Position numbers and translations under genes: made by a program. The notes below the pieces were generated by a model that was not told the DNA's origin, made no database searches, and saw only the letters and a program-made list of their open reading frames with translations. Positions 30,530 through 38,887 of a DNA stretch of 64,000 bases are shown piece after piece. Each line of letters starts with the position of its first letter. Within the stretch, counting starts at the first letter, position 1. Source of the stretch: an uncultured Clostridia bacterium (GTDB taxonomy: Bacteria; Bacillota; Clostridia; TANB77; CAG-508); assembly GCA_947589645.1 (NCBI GenBank), contig CANQCG010000002.1, positions 6,018 to 70,017 of the forward strand, read 5' to 3'.

Positions 30530-32890
30530 TTATCTGTCTTCTTGCTTTTTAGAATCTATAGATTTTTGTATTAACTCATCTATTTTTGTAATATCTTCTA
30601 TAGCATATCTTGGATTTTGTGCATTTACCTCAAATCGCTCTTTTAAAGAATTTTCCCATGCACTTGTTCCTGCATGTGGTAGCCAATGTTTTGGATCTCT
30701 TGACACCCACCACCTTTGAGTCAATTGTGTTCTGTCTATTTTTCCTTGTTTAATTAATTCAGGTTTTAATTTTATGAATTCTTCTTCAGATAATACATAA
30801 GTAGCAGATTCATTATCAGCCCTTATTTCAGTAGTACCAGTTAATTTATCTTTTGATATTTTATGTAATTTTTCAATTAATACTGCTCCTGCATCAATAT
30901 TAGGATAATGGAAAATTATATGTCCATCAATTATTCCATCCTCAATTTTTAGATTTTTATCTAACGAAGATAATAAATTATATTTTGCTCCAGGATCTCT
31001 CATTTTAATGCGCTCTTTTGGAATTTCAGGAGCTTGATCTTTGGTTTTTCTTTTAGTACCTTTTCCACCATTTTTTTGATAATTATCCAAAGCATTTTCG
31101 ATATTATAATATTGTGCAAGTTCTTCTTTCGCTTCTTGCTCTTCTTTACTTGTTCCATCAAAAATTGTATATACTAAAGCAACTTGATATGCATAACTCA
31201 TTTGTTTAGACTTTTCAAATAATCTTATTAAAACATCTTTGTCAATCAAGCCTTCATCTCTTAAGTATTTAGCATCTAAAGGTTTTAAGCTTTCACTTTC
31301 TAGAAGTTTCTCTATTATATCTTCACCACCCCAGTCAACTGCGACTTTTAAAGGAATTATATCAAGGTCATATAATGGAATTAAATCTTCTGAAGCTATT
31401 TCTCCTCCAAATTCATTAACAAATTCTTCTCCCTTAGATACTATTTCTTGGTCTGTTTTGCCTAAAAGCTCAGTGTTTCTATATGCTAAACAATATCTTT
31501 CTAAAGAAACTCTTGCATCTTCTTTTTGTTTGTCTTCTGTGGCCTCCTTGTAGTTCTGATATTTTTCAAATAAATTTTCATTTGTAATTATTGAAGCCAT
31601 TTTTTCTGTAGCACTTTGAAGTTCTGCTACTGTAATTATTTCTTTATCAAACAAATCACGTATTTCTTCTGGAGTTATATCGGTTTCATCTAATAACAAT
31701 TGGAATAACTCTGGTGAACATTTATTAGCATTTTTTATATCTTTTAACATGGCTGATTTAGGAAATTTCATATTTATTTCTTTACATAAGAAAATATAAT
31801 CTTCTGGGTTTCTCTTTACAATTTTAGATATTGTAATTGGTCGTAAATTCATTGCATCAAATAGAGCAGGAGTCCATTCTTTTAAAGATATTTGCCCTGA
31901 TAAAAGAGCTTCTTCAATTTCTTTGCAATCACTTCGTTTTAAATAGGACATATCTTTTTCAAACATTATAAATCTCTTTAAATCTCTTGATAAATCTTTA
32001 AGTTTATATTCCCCTCCATGTGAATCAGTTATTCTTGTTTTTTCATTTCTTATATGTTTTTGCATTGTTTGTATAGCAAAAAACACTGCTGGTATGCCTT
32101 CAGGAGTTATTCTTTCTTCTTCTAGACTTTGAATATATCTATATGACGAACACAATAAAAGCTTATCAAAATCCACTTCTTCAACATTATCTCTTAATAC
32201 TGAATTTATATCTTCAACAAAAAGAGATGGTTTTTTTCCTTTTGCCAATTCATGATAATTAGTCTTACTTAATTTTTGTCTTTCTTCTACATTTTTTAAT
32301 ACTCTTGCAAATGGATTATACTCAACTTTTTCAAGCAATGCTTTTGCTACATTTTTATTTGGTATTATTGTTTCAAAATCTTGCCTAAAAATAGATTGTG
32401 TTACATTTGAAAAGTGCAATTGTTTATTTAACTCTTGTAATCGTTTTACATTATCATTTTTATCTTTTCTAGATATACCTTTTGATAAATCTTCTGTGTT
32501 TACTATTAATATAGATGATATTAAATTCTCTTCATCTATTATAATAAATAAATAATCTTCATCTATATCTTTTAATAATTCTCTTGCAGTTTTAATACCT
32601 TCTTTTGCTACTTTTATATCTTCATTTGTTATATTCCATTGTTTTAATTGTTCTTCATAACTTAGCAATATTCCTATTACCAATTGAGTATTATCTATGA
32701 AGTTTCCAAATTTCATTATAAATTCATCTAATTCTTCAGCAGTTGTCATTTCTTCAATTTTTATTCTTCCTAAATTTGCAATTTTATCAGGAGTATCTGC
32801 TTTCCAAATTATACTGATTTTATCAGTTGTTAAAAACATGTTAGTTTTTCTAAGAATATCACTTAATGAGATTTTATCTAATTTATTCAT
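30530..32890 (-). CDS. Large uncharacterised protein (786 aa), second gene of a two-gene operon
   Basis: Uninterrupted ORF starting 15 nt after the upstream gene's stop. Mostly helical and charged. Lys-rich segment GGKGTKRKTKDQ and a Trp/His-rich C-terminal motif RWWVSRDPKHWLPHAGTSAWE. No TM segments and no catalytic motif recognised. Confidence 0.55.
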   Translation of the reverse strand: MNKLDKISLSDILRKTNMFLTTDKISIIWKADTPDKIANLGRIKIEEMTTAEELDEFIMKFGNFIDNTQLVIGILLSYEEQLKQWNITNEDIKVAKEGIKTARELLKDIDEDYLFIIIDEENLISSILIVNTEDLSKGISRKDKNDNVKRLQELNKQLHFSNVTQSIFRQDFETIIPNKNVAKALLEKVEYNPFARVLKNVEERQKLSKTNYHELAKGKKPSLFVEDINSVLRDNVEEVDFDKLLLCSSYRYIQSLEEERITPEGIPAVFFAIQTMQKHIRNEKTRITDSHGGEYKLKDLSRDLKRFIMFEKDMSYLKRSDCKEIEEALLSGQISLKEWTPALFDAMNLRPITISKIVKRNPEDYIFLCKEINMKFPKSAMLKDIKNANKCSPELFQLLLDETDITPEEIRDLFDKEIITVAELQSATEKMASIITNENLFEKYQNYKEATEDKQKEDARVSLERYCLAYRNTELLGKTDQEIVSKGEEFVNEFGGEIASEDLIPLYDLDIIPLKVAVDWGGEDIIEKLLESESLKPLDAKYLRDEGLIDKDVLIRLFEKSKQMSYAYQVALVYTIFDGTSKEEQEAKEELAQYYNIENALDNYQKNGGKGTKRKTKDQAPEIPKERIKMRDPGAKYNLLSSLDKNLKIEDGIIDGHIIFHYPNIDAGAVLIEKLHKISKDKLTGTTEIRADNESATYVLSEEEFIKLKPELIKQGKIDRTQLTQRWWVSRDPKHWLPHAGTSAWENSLKERFEVNAQNPRYAIEDITKIDELIQKSIDSKKQEDR

Positions 32891-32905
32891 ATATTCCCTC
32901 CTATA

Positions 32906-33685
32906 CTATTGCTTAAATATTTCTTTGTTTATCACGGTTACTGTTTTTTCAAAAGGATTTTTATTTATATATAGTTTTTTATTTTTTATTTTATCCCTAA
33001 AATATTGCTTGGTGTAATCATTATTGGTTAATATTATTACACTTTTACCTAAACCATTTTTCATCATACTGGCTGCATCTTCTAAATTCAATTCTGAATA
33101 TGATTCAATAGGAATCTGGTTTTCGTCTGCATGTTTATATATTAATTCTGTTAGTTCATTAAATTCATCACTATCTCTGTAAAAATCTATATAATTAAAG
33201 CTATAAAATTTTGCTTTATTATTTACTTTTGCTAAATATGTATTGTATCGATTTATATCATCAATACATATTATTTTATCTATATTTTTATCAGTAGTAT
33301 CATATAAATAAGCTATATTTTCAGTTTGAAACTCTTTTAAAACATTATTCGTTAATTTTACTATAAATTTATTTATACCTAAATAACTATTGCCAAACTC
33401 TAGCAAAATCTTTGTTTTTGTAAGAATTGCTAGTAATATTAAATTTAATGTTATATATGGATTTCCATTGTAATGTATCAGAATTGTCTCTTGTTTATCT
33501 AATTCTAATTTTTCGTTTTTTAAATTATCTACAATTTCTATTAAGTTTTGCAAATCTATTTTCATTTTTATATATTTAGAGTCTATGTTATATAACTCTT
33601 GTAGTAATTCATTATTCTCTTGAAGTTTTGACTTTATTGTATAAAAAACTGTAGATAAATTTTGATTATTTATGTTGTATTTCAA
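32906..33685 (-). CDS. Degenerate gamma-glutamyl-phosphate reductase (ProA)/ALDH-like protein, probably non-catalytic
   Basis: TTG start at 33685 follows a GAAGGAG RBS and lies downstream of the predicted promoter. ILIHYNGNPYITLNLILLAILTKTKILLEFGN resembles ProA's IYESRPNVT.DAAALCLKSGNAVILRGG. VIILTNNDYTKQYFRDKIKNKKLYINKNPF resembles ProA's AIVTE…A..FL.EVDSAAVYVNASTRF. No catalytic Cys block was seen. Confidence 0.45.
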   Translation of the reverse strand: MKYNINNQNLSTVFYTIKSKLQENNELLQELYNIDSKYIKMKIDLQNLIEIVDNLKNEKLELDKQETILIHYNGNPYITLNLILLAILTKTKILLEFGNSYLGINKFIVKLTNNVLKEFQTENIAYLYDTTDKNIDKIICIDDINRYNTYLAKVNNKAKFYSFNYIDFYRDSDEFNELTELIYKHADENQIPIESYSELNLEDAASMMKNGLGKSVIILTNNDYTKQYFRDKIKNKKLYINKNPFEKTVTVINKEIFKQ

Positions 33686-33728
33686 ATTAATACTCCTTCT
33701 TCTATAATAAAAAACACATACATACTTT

Positions 33729-33757
33729 ATTATACCATAATTTACATAATCTTGCAA
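33729..33757 (-). promoter_or_regulatory. Sigma-70-type promoter of the 33685-30530 operon
   Basis: Minus strand reads TTGCAA (33752-33757), a 17-nt spacer ending TGG (extended -10), then TATAAT (33729-33734). Confidence 0.55.
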
Positions 33758-33898
33758 TAGCTGGCATATGCTCATATTATGTATACTAACAGTTTTAAAA
33801 TTTTATAAAGTTTGCTTGTTTCCAAATACCTTATTAAAAATAAAAATTGTAACCATCATTTGTATTTATGCATATATGTAACTAACGGAGGTATTGTT

Positions 33899-34438
33899 AT
33901 GAAAGAAGAGAAGAAAATCATTAAATTTACTATTTTTAGTATAGTATTTGTAGCTATTTTAGGAACTTTGCTACATTTTACTTTTGAATGGTCTAATTAT
34001 AACCCATTTGTAGCTGCTTTTAGTGCTGTAAATGAAAGTACTTGGGAGCATTTAAAAATATTATTCGTCCCTATGCTAATTACAAGTATTATAGGTTACT
34101 TTTACTTAGGCAAAAATGTTTCTAGCTACTTATGTGCTAGAGTTTTTGCAATAATTACTGCTCTTTTATTTACAACTGTTTTCTTTTATACTTACACAGG
34201 AATAATAGGGTCTAATATTACAATTTTGAATTTATTAAGTTTTTATTTTGCAATAATTTTAGGTGAATATATTTCTTATAGGTTTATGCTTTCTAACTTA
34301 ACTTGTAACAAATCAAAAGCTATTATATTTCTTGTAATATTAACACTATGTTTTGTAATTTTTACATATTTAACTCCACAAATTGTTTTGTTTAAAGATC
34401 CTTTAACTAATGGGTATGGAATTGTAAGGAAAAGTTGA
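33899..34438 (+). CDS. Polytopic membrane protein (DUF6512-like)
   Basis: ATG at 33899 follows GGAG. About 5 TM segments. No known function. Confidence 0.5.
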   Translation: MKEEKKIIKFTIFSIVFVAILGTLLHFTFEWSNYNPFVAAFSAVNESTWEHLKILFVPMLITSIIGYFYLGKNVSSYLCARVFAIITALLFTTVFFYTYTGIIGSNITILNLLSFYFAIILGEYISYRFMLSNLTCNKSKAIIFLVILTLCFVIFTYLTPQIVLFKDPLTNGYGIVRKS

Positions 34439-34496
34439 AATTTTTCTAATATTATATTAAAATATATTCTATAATTTTGTAATAAGGAATTTTAAG

Positions 34497-35156
34497 ATGG
34501 ATAACTATTTAGATTTTAAAAACATTGTAGAATATGAAAAATTAAAAGAGCCTGCTAAAATAATAAGAAGCGGTGGAATTGTCGTATTTCCAACAGAAAC
34601 AGTGTATGGAATTGGCACAAATGGTTTAGATGAAAATGCAGTTAAACGATTATATGATATAAAAAATAGACCCCTTACTAAACCTATTAGCTTATTAGTG
34701 TCAGATATGACAATGATAAATGAGGTAGCTCAGGATATATCTGAGCTAGAATATAGATTAATGGAAAGCTTTTTCCCTGGTCCTTTAACTCTTATATTAC
34801 AAAAGAAAAATATAGTGCCAGATATACTAACTGCTAATCAAGATACTGTTGGTATTCGTATGCCTAGTTGCGAAATTACAAGAAAACTTGTCCAATTTGC
34901 AAATGTACCTATAGCCGCTCCTAGTGCTAATATTAGCAATAAACCAAGTGGAACAAATTTAAATGATATTATGCCAGATTTTAAAAATAAAGTAGATTAT
35001 TTTATTGATGCAGGAGAAAGTAAATTAGGAATTGCCTCAACTATTGTAAAGGTTATAAATGATATACCTCATATATTAAGGCAAGGCTCTATAACAAAAG
35101 AGCAAATTGAAAAAGTAATAGGCAAAGAAGTTATTGATATAAAAAAGCAATCCTAA
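34497..35156 (+). CDS. tsaC: L-threonylcarbamoyladenylate synthase (YrdC/TsaC/YwlC type)
   Basis: …GGIVVFPTETVYGIGTN…, …RIYDIKNRPLTKPISLLV…, …APSANISNKPS…. Confidence 0.88.
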   Translation: MDNYLDFKNIVEYEKLKEPAKIIRSGGIVVFPTETVYGIGTNGLDENAVKRLYDIKNRPLTKPISLLVSDMTMINEVAQDISELEYRLMESFFPGPLTLILQKKNIVPDILTANQDTVGIRMPSCEITRKLVQFANVPIAAPSANISNKPSGTNLNDIMPDFKNKVDYFIDAGESKLGIASTIVKVINDIPHILRQGSITKEQIEKVIGKEVIDIKKQS

Positions 35157-35168
35157 TATTTTCTACAT

Positions 35169-35201
35169 AAAAAGGAGTACATTTTAAAGTACTCCTTTTT
35201 T
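35169..35201. terminator. Bidirectional terminator between tsaC and the cotJC 3' fragment
   Basis: AAAAGGAGTAC-attttaaa-GTACTCCTTTTTT. Confidence 0.75.
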
Positions 35202-35210
35202 ATATAGAAA

Positions 35211-35651
35211 TTATCTTCCGCATCCACAATTATTATTGTTGTTATTATCCATACAATTCATATTGTTCATATAAAATTTCTTCTCAGCTAATTTGTCTTG
35301 TACTCCACGAAGTGCTTCTCCGAATCTTTGGAAGTGTACAACTTCTCTTTCTCTTAAGAATTTTAATGGTTCAATTACATCTGGATTATCTTTACATATA
35401 TCTATTAATTTTTCATAAGTTGCTCTAGCTTTTTGCTCTGCTGCTAAGTCTTCTTGTAGATCTGCTATTGGGTCTCCTTTTACAGCTAATACTGCTGCTG
35501 TAAATGGGTAACCTGCTGCTGCTTGTGGATATACTCCTAGACCATGGTCTGTATAATATGGGTCTAATCCAGCTTCTTTTATTTCTTCTATGCTAGCACC
35601 TTTTGTTAATTGGTGTACTATTGTTCCAACCATTTCTAAGTGTGCTAATTC
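35211..35651 (-). pseudogene. cotJC: cotJC (manganese-catalase-family spore coat protein), 3' portion separated from its 5' portion by the inserted element
   Basis: The reading frame from 35651 gives E LAHLEMVGTIVHQLTKGASIEEIKEAGL…GDPIADLQEDLAAEQKARATYEKLI…FLREREVVHFQRF…. It is collinear with B. subtilis CotJC residues after DIGTEE. Confidence 0.9.
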
Positions 35652-35767
35652 GTTAGTTCCAAAATGTGGTCGTTTGAAGGCTAAAAAAATTTTTATTATT
35701 ATTAAATTACTTTTTTAGCATTTACATTCCATTTTTATTTTCAATTTCTATATCATTTAAAATATCA

Positions 35768-37420
35768 CTATCCTGCTTTATTAATTTTAGGATATAAGTT
35801 TATAATAAAATTTGTTGGATCAGAGTCTTTTCTTATTGATTTTTCTGTTTTTAAATAAGTTACTTGTGTCAAAACTGTTTTTAATAAGTCATTCTTTTCT
35901 TCAGGTGTTTTTAATAAATAATATACATCAAGAACATTTTGTTGGTTAGGAACTAAAATGTGTTTTTCTTTATATACAATTTTTTCTTGTGATAGTTTAG
36001 TTTTATATTCTTCAATGGAGTTATTTACTCGTGCTACATTTTGTGATACTACCTCTACTCTTTCCTTAAACATTTGCTTTGTATAAGTTCCATCTTCTAG
36101 AAAATTATATATGCTTATTAACTTATCATTTTCTTTTTTAACTTCCGCTTCTAATGATTTTATTGTTTCTTCAATTGATTTAATTTTTTTATCATTTATT
36201 TTTTCTATATGCTCTTGATAATCAAATTTATATTGTTGTAACCATTTTTTTAATCCATCTAAAACTTTTTCTTCTATAAGATGCAATTTTGATCCTACAT
36301 TATCACATTTAGTATTAGCACAATATAAAGTAGGTTCTTTGCTATATTTAGTATAAGCCCTTCTTTGCATTTTCTTACCACATTTTGCACAATATACTAA
36401 GCCACATAATGGATTTTGTACTTCATGACATCGTACTACTGGTGATATATTTCGACTTCTTTTAGCTTCTACAATTTTCCATGTTTTTTCATCTATTATA
36501 GCTTTATGCAGTCCATCTACAAGTATATAATCTTTATTTCTAGGTCTTGTATTTTTAAGTTTTTCATCTTCATACACTTTTACAACTTTTCTTGCATTCC
36601 ACTTTATTTTGCCTATATATATAGGATTAGCCAATATATCTTTTACACTAGATTCAGACCATTTATCGTTTTTTCTGGGTTTTAAACCCATTTCATTTAG
36701 TTTTCGTGTTACTTCGTGCAATGATAAGTTATCATAAGCATATAAATCATATATTATTTTAACAGTACTTGCTTCTGAGTTTTTTATTAATGTAAATCCT
36801 TTATCTCCTTTAATTTTAACTCTATCATATCCAAATGGTGCGATACTACCTACATACTTTCCTTCATTTACGGATGAAATTCTTCCCCTTTGAAGTCTTC
36901 TATTAATTGTTTTATATTCTCGTCTTGACATAAACAAACCGAATTCAAAATATTCTTCATCAAATTCATCATTTGGATTGTAAGTTTTCATTGGTGTAAT
37001 TATTTTTGTATCTGAAATTTTAAATGCCTTTGCTACAATTCCTTGATCCATTGTCTCTCCACGGGCTAATCTTTCAACTTCTACTACTAATACACCTTTC
37101 CATTTGCCTTGCCTTACATCTGATAGTAATTTTTGCACTTCTGGTCTTGCCTCAATTGTTTCACCACTTACTATTTCTCTATATATTTTTCCTATTTTAA
37201 GGCTTTTTTTATGTGCTAAATCTAGTAATATTTTTTCATGCCTAGCAAGAGTTTCACCTTCTCCTTTTGCCTCTGCCTCCACATCTGCTCTTGATTTTCT
37301 TAAATATACTGCATATTCATCAAGAATATGTACCTCATAATTATTTGAATAGCCATAATATAAATTGTCCAAAATACCTCCTTTCTTTGTTAATTTTATC
37401 AATCGTTGTGAGTTTAACAT
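35768..37420 (-). CDS. Large serine recombinase (SpoIVCA/SprA/TnpX-like)
   Basis: Resolvase catalytic domain (…AVYLRKSRADVE…VVEVERLARG…), recombinase domain, zinc-ribbon (CGLVYCAKCGKKM…YCANTKCDN) and coiled-coil. An alternative TTG start at 37372 follows an AAGGAGG RBS. Confidence 0.9.
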   Translation of the reverse strand: MLNSQRLIKLTKKGGILDNLYYGYSNNYEVHILDEYAVYLRKSRADVEAEAKGEGETLARHEKILLDLAHKKSLKIGKIYREIVSGETIEARPEVQKLLSDVRQGKWKGVLVVEVERLARGETMDQGIVAKAFKISDTKIITPMKTYNPNDEFDEEYFEFGLFMSRREYKTINRRLQRGRISSVNEGKYVGSIAPFGYDRVKIKGDKGFTLIKNSEASTVKIIYDLYAYDNLSLHEVTRKLNEMGLKPRKNDKWSESSVKDILANPIYIGKIKWNARKVVKVYEDEKLKNTRPRNKDYILVDGLHKAIIDEKTWKIVEAKRSRNISPVVRCHEVQNPLCGLVYCAKCGKKMQRRAYTKYSKEPTLYCANTKCDNVGSKLHLIEEKVLDGLKKWLQQYKFDYQEHIEKINDKKIKSIEETIKSLEAEVKKENDKLISIYNFLEDGTYTKQMFKERVEVVSQNVARVNNSIEEYKTKLSQEKIVYKEKHILVPNQQNVLDVYYLLKTPEEKNDLLKTVLTQVTYLKTEKSIRKDSDPTNFIINLYPKINKAG

Positions 37421-37444
37421 ATGACAGACAAAATTACAAATGTT

Positions 37445-37582
37445 TTAAGAATATTCTGAAATTTTCTTTATAGTTAGACTTAATAATATATCGACTATTT
37501 CTTGATCTTTACCTTTTGCTATAATGTCTCTATCATCAACCCTAATTATTGTTTTATCAATTTTATATTCTTCTATAATCAT
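37445..37582 (-). CDS. Small ORF (45 aa) immediately upstream of the recombinase gene; candidate accessory factor or RDF
   Basis: ATG at 37582 follows GAGGTG. The sequence is MIIEEYKIDKTIIRVDDRDIIAKGKDQEIVDILLSLTIKKISEYS. The stop lies 24 nt before the recombinase ATG. No homology recognised. Confidence 0.4.
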   Translation of the reverse strand: MIIEEYKIDKTIIRVDDRDIIAKGKDQEIVDILLSLTIKKISEYS

Positions 37583-37832
37583 ATACACACCTCTAATCAA
37601 TGTGTATGCAAAAAATTCAAAAACTTGTATTATTTTTAATAGCCTTTCAAATTTATTTTTTAGGTACATCAATACCTGTTAATATATCTTTTTTTTAATG
37701 ATAAGAATGAGTTTTACTATTATATTTATATAGAACTGTTCCAGTTTCTATTTGCCATAATAATTGGAAAGAGCAATAAGAATATCCCACATACAATAAA
37801 TATTATAGATAACTTTTTTCTAGTTTTTTTAT

Positions 37833-38090
37833 ATGGGCAAAATAGGAGAAATGAATTCTTTAATTGCTCTTAGGGATGAGAATATATTTGATTCGTTAAA
37901 ATATATTCATGTCCCAACGGCTATTTTTCATGGAAAAGAAGATAAAATATGTCCTTTTCCTATGGCAGAAATTATGCATAATAATATTCATGCTTCAATT
38001 TTATTTCCATTTGAAAATGCTGGGCATGGTACATTTTATGATGTTAAAGATGAATTTAATAGGACTTTAATAAAATTTTTAAATTATTAA
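37833..38090 (+). pseudogene. 5'-truncated alpha/beta-hydrolase gene remnant (C-terminal ~70 residues only)
   Basis: …IHVPTAIFHGKEDKICPFPMAEIMHNNIHASILFPFENAGHGTFYDVKDEFNRTLIKFLNY matches only the C-terminal His-loop region of alpha/beta hydrolases. No nucleophile-elbow region lies upstream. Confidence 0.6.
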
Positions 38091-38638
38091 TTTAATTGTG
38101 AAAATCTGTATATTTTATATTCAACACTTTTTTCTTCTAATAATTTGAAATTACAACTTAAATCTTTATAAAATTTAGACATTTTACTTTTATGTGATTT
38201 TGTAACTATATTGTAAAGTTTTTTTGATTTATCTAGAATTTTTTTTCTATTCTCGGGTTTATTGATATACGAATATTGTTCTGAAAGTAATCTTTTATAT
38301 CCATAGCTTTTGCTTTTAATGTCTAATAGATAGACACATTCTTGAGGTACAGGTATCATATCTGAAAATCTAATAATACCTAAATCATTTTTTGTTTTGG
38401 TATTTATTATTTTAAAAAAAGTTAAATTATCTTTATAAGTTTTATGTCTTTGTTTCGGAGAAAATAGAGGTGCAAAATAATAATGTTCTCTAACAACTAT
38501 TACAACTCCTATGTAAGGTCTTTTTTGATTTTTATTATATGCAATATGTTTATCAAATTGGCTTAAATAATTAATGTAATTATCATCTATAATATAAAAA
38601 TTTAATTTTCCTAATTTTATTTTCTTATTATTTTTCAT
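38087..38638 (-). CDS. toxN: Type III toxin-antitoxin system toxin, ToxN/AbiQ-family endoribonuclease
   Basis: Collinear with Pectobacterium ToxN: FY.I…Y..YL..FD…IG.V……Y.APL.SPK..H…FK…LG.I…MIP…LLD…YKR.L..Q…CNF.LLEEK. The ATG at 38638 follows GGAGG. Confidence 0.85.
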   Translation of the reverse strand: MKNNKKIKLGKLNFYIIDDNYINYLSQFDKHIAYNKNQKRPYIGVVIVVREHYYFAPLFSPKQRHKTYKDNLTFFKIINTKTKNDLGIIRFSDMIPVPQECVYLLDIKSKSYGYKRLLSEQYSYINKPENRKKILDKSKKLYNIVTKSHKSKMSKFYKDLSCNFKLLEEKSVEYKIYRFSQLN

Positions 38639-38660
38639 AAATTCCTCCATTTACAAATAT

Positions 38661-38686
38661 AGGGGATACTTTTATAAGTACCCCCT
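38661..38686 (-). terminator. Hairpin between the antitoxin repeats and toxN (attenuating terminator, as in toxIN loci)
   Basis: AGGGGATACT-tttata-AGTACCCCCT (9 of 10 bp), placed 23 nt upstream of the toxN start. Confidence 0.55.
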
Positions 38687-38694
38687 AATTTTTC

Positions 38695-38860
38695 AGGAAA
38701 CTCGTTTATAGTTAAACTAAAGGCTCGTTTCTAACCTAATGTTCAATAGGATATTCGTTTATAGAATTTTCATTCTAAAGGCTCATATCTAACCTAATGT
38801 TTAAAATGCACTTGTTTATGAAGTTAATCAAAGGTTTGTGCTAACCTAGTTTATTTGATA
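38695..38860 (-). ncRNA. toxI: Candidate type III antitoxin RNA (ToxI-like): three imperfect tandem repeats of ~52-58 nt
   Basis: Repeats on the plus strand: …TCGTTTATAG-N-CTAAAGGCTCGTTTCTAACCTAATGTT (38702-), …TCGTTTATAG-N-CTAAAGGCTCATATCTAACCTAATGTT (38755-), …TTGTTTATGA-N-CAAAGGTTTGTGCTAACCTAGTT (38812-). They lie between a promoter and the toxN gene. Confidence 0.65.
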
Positions 38861-38887
38861 AATTGCTTTATCAATATTAGTATATTC

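Noticed and set aside
37603-37608. CATACA hexamer upstream of the 45-aa ORF/recombinase as a sigma-E/sigma-K -10 element
   Set aside because: It is only a 6-nt core match, with no convincing -35 (ATATT / AC) at the right spacing. That is too weak to call a sporulation promoter, so it is mentioned only as a hypothesis to test.
38695-38860. The tandem repeats might have been a small CRISPR array
   Set aside because: There are only three imperfect, directly abutting units with no unique spacers and no cas genes. The promoter-repeats-hairpin-ToxN layout fits a type III antitoxin RNA instead.
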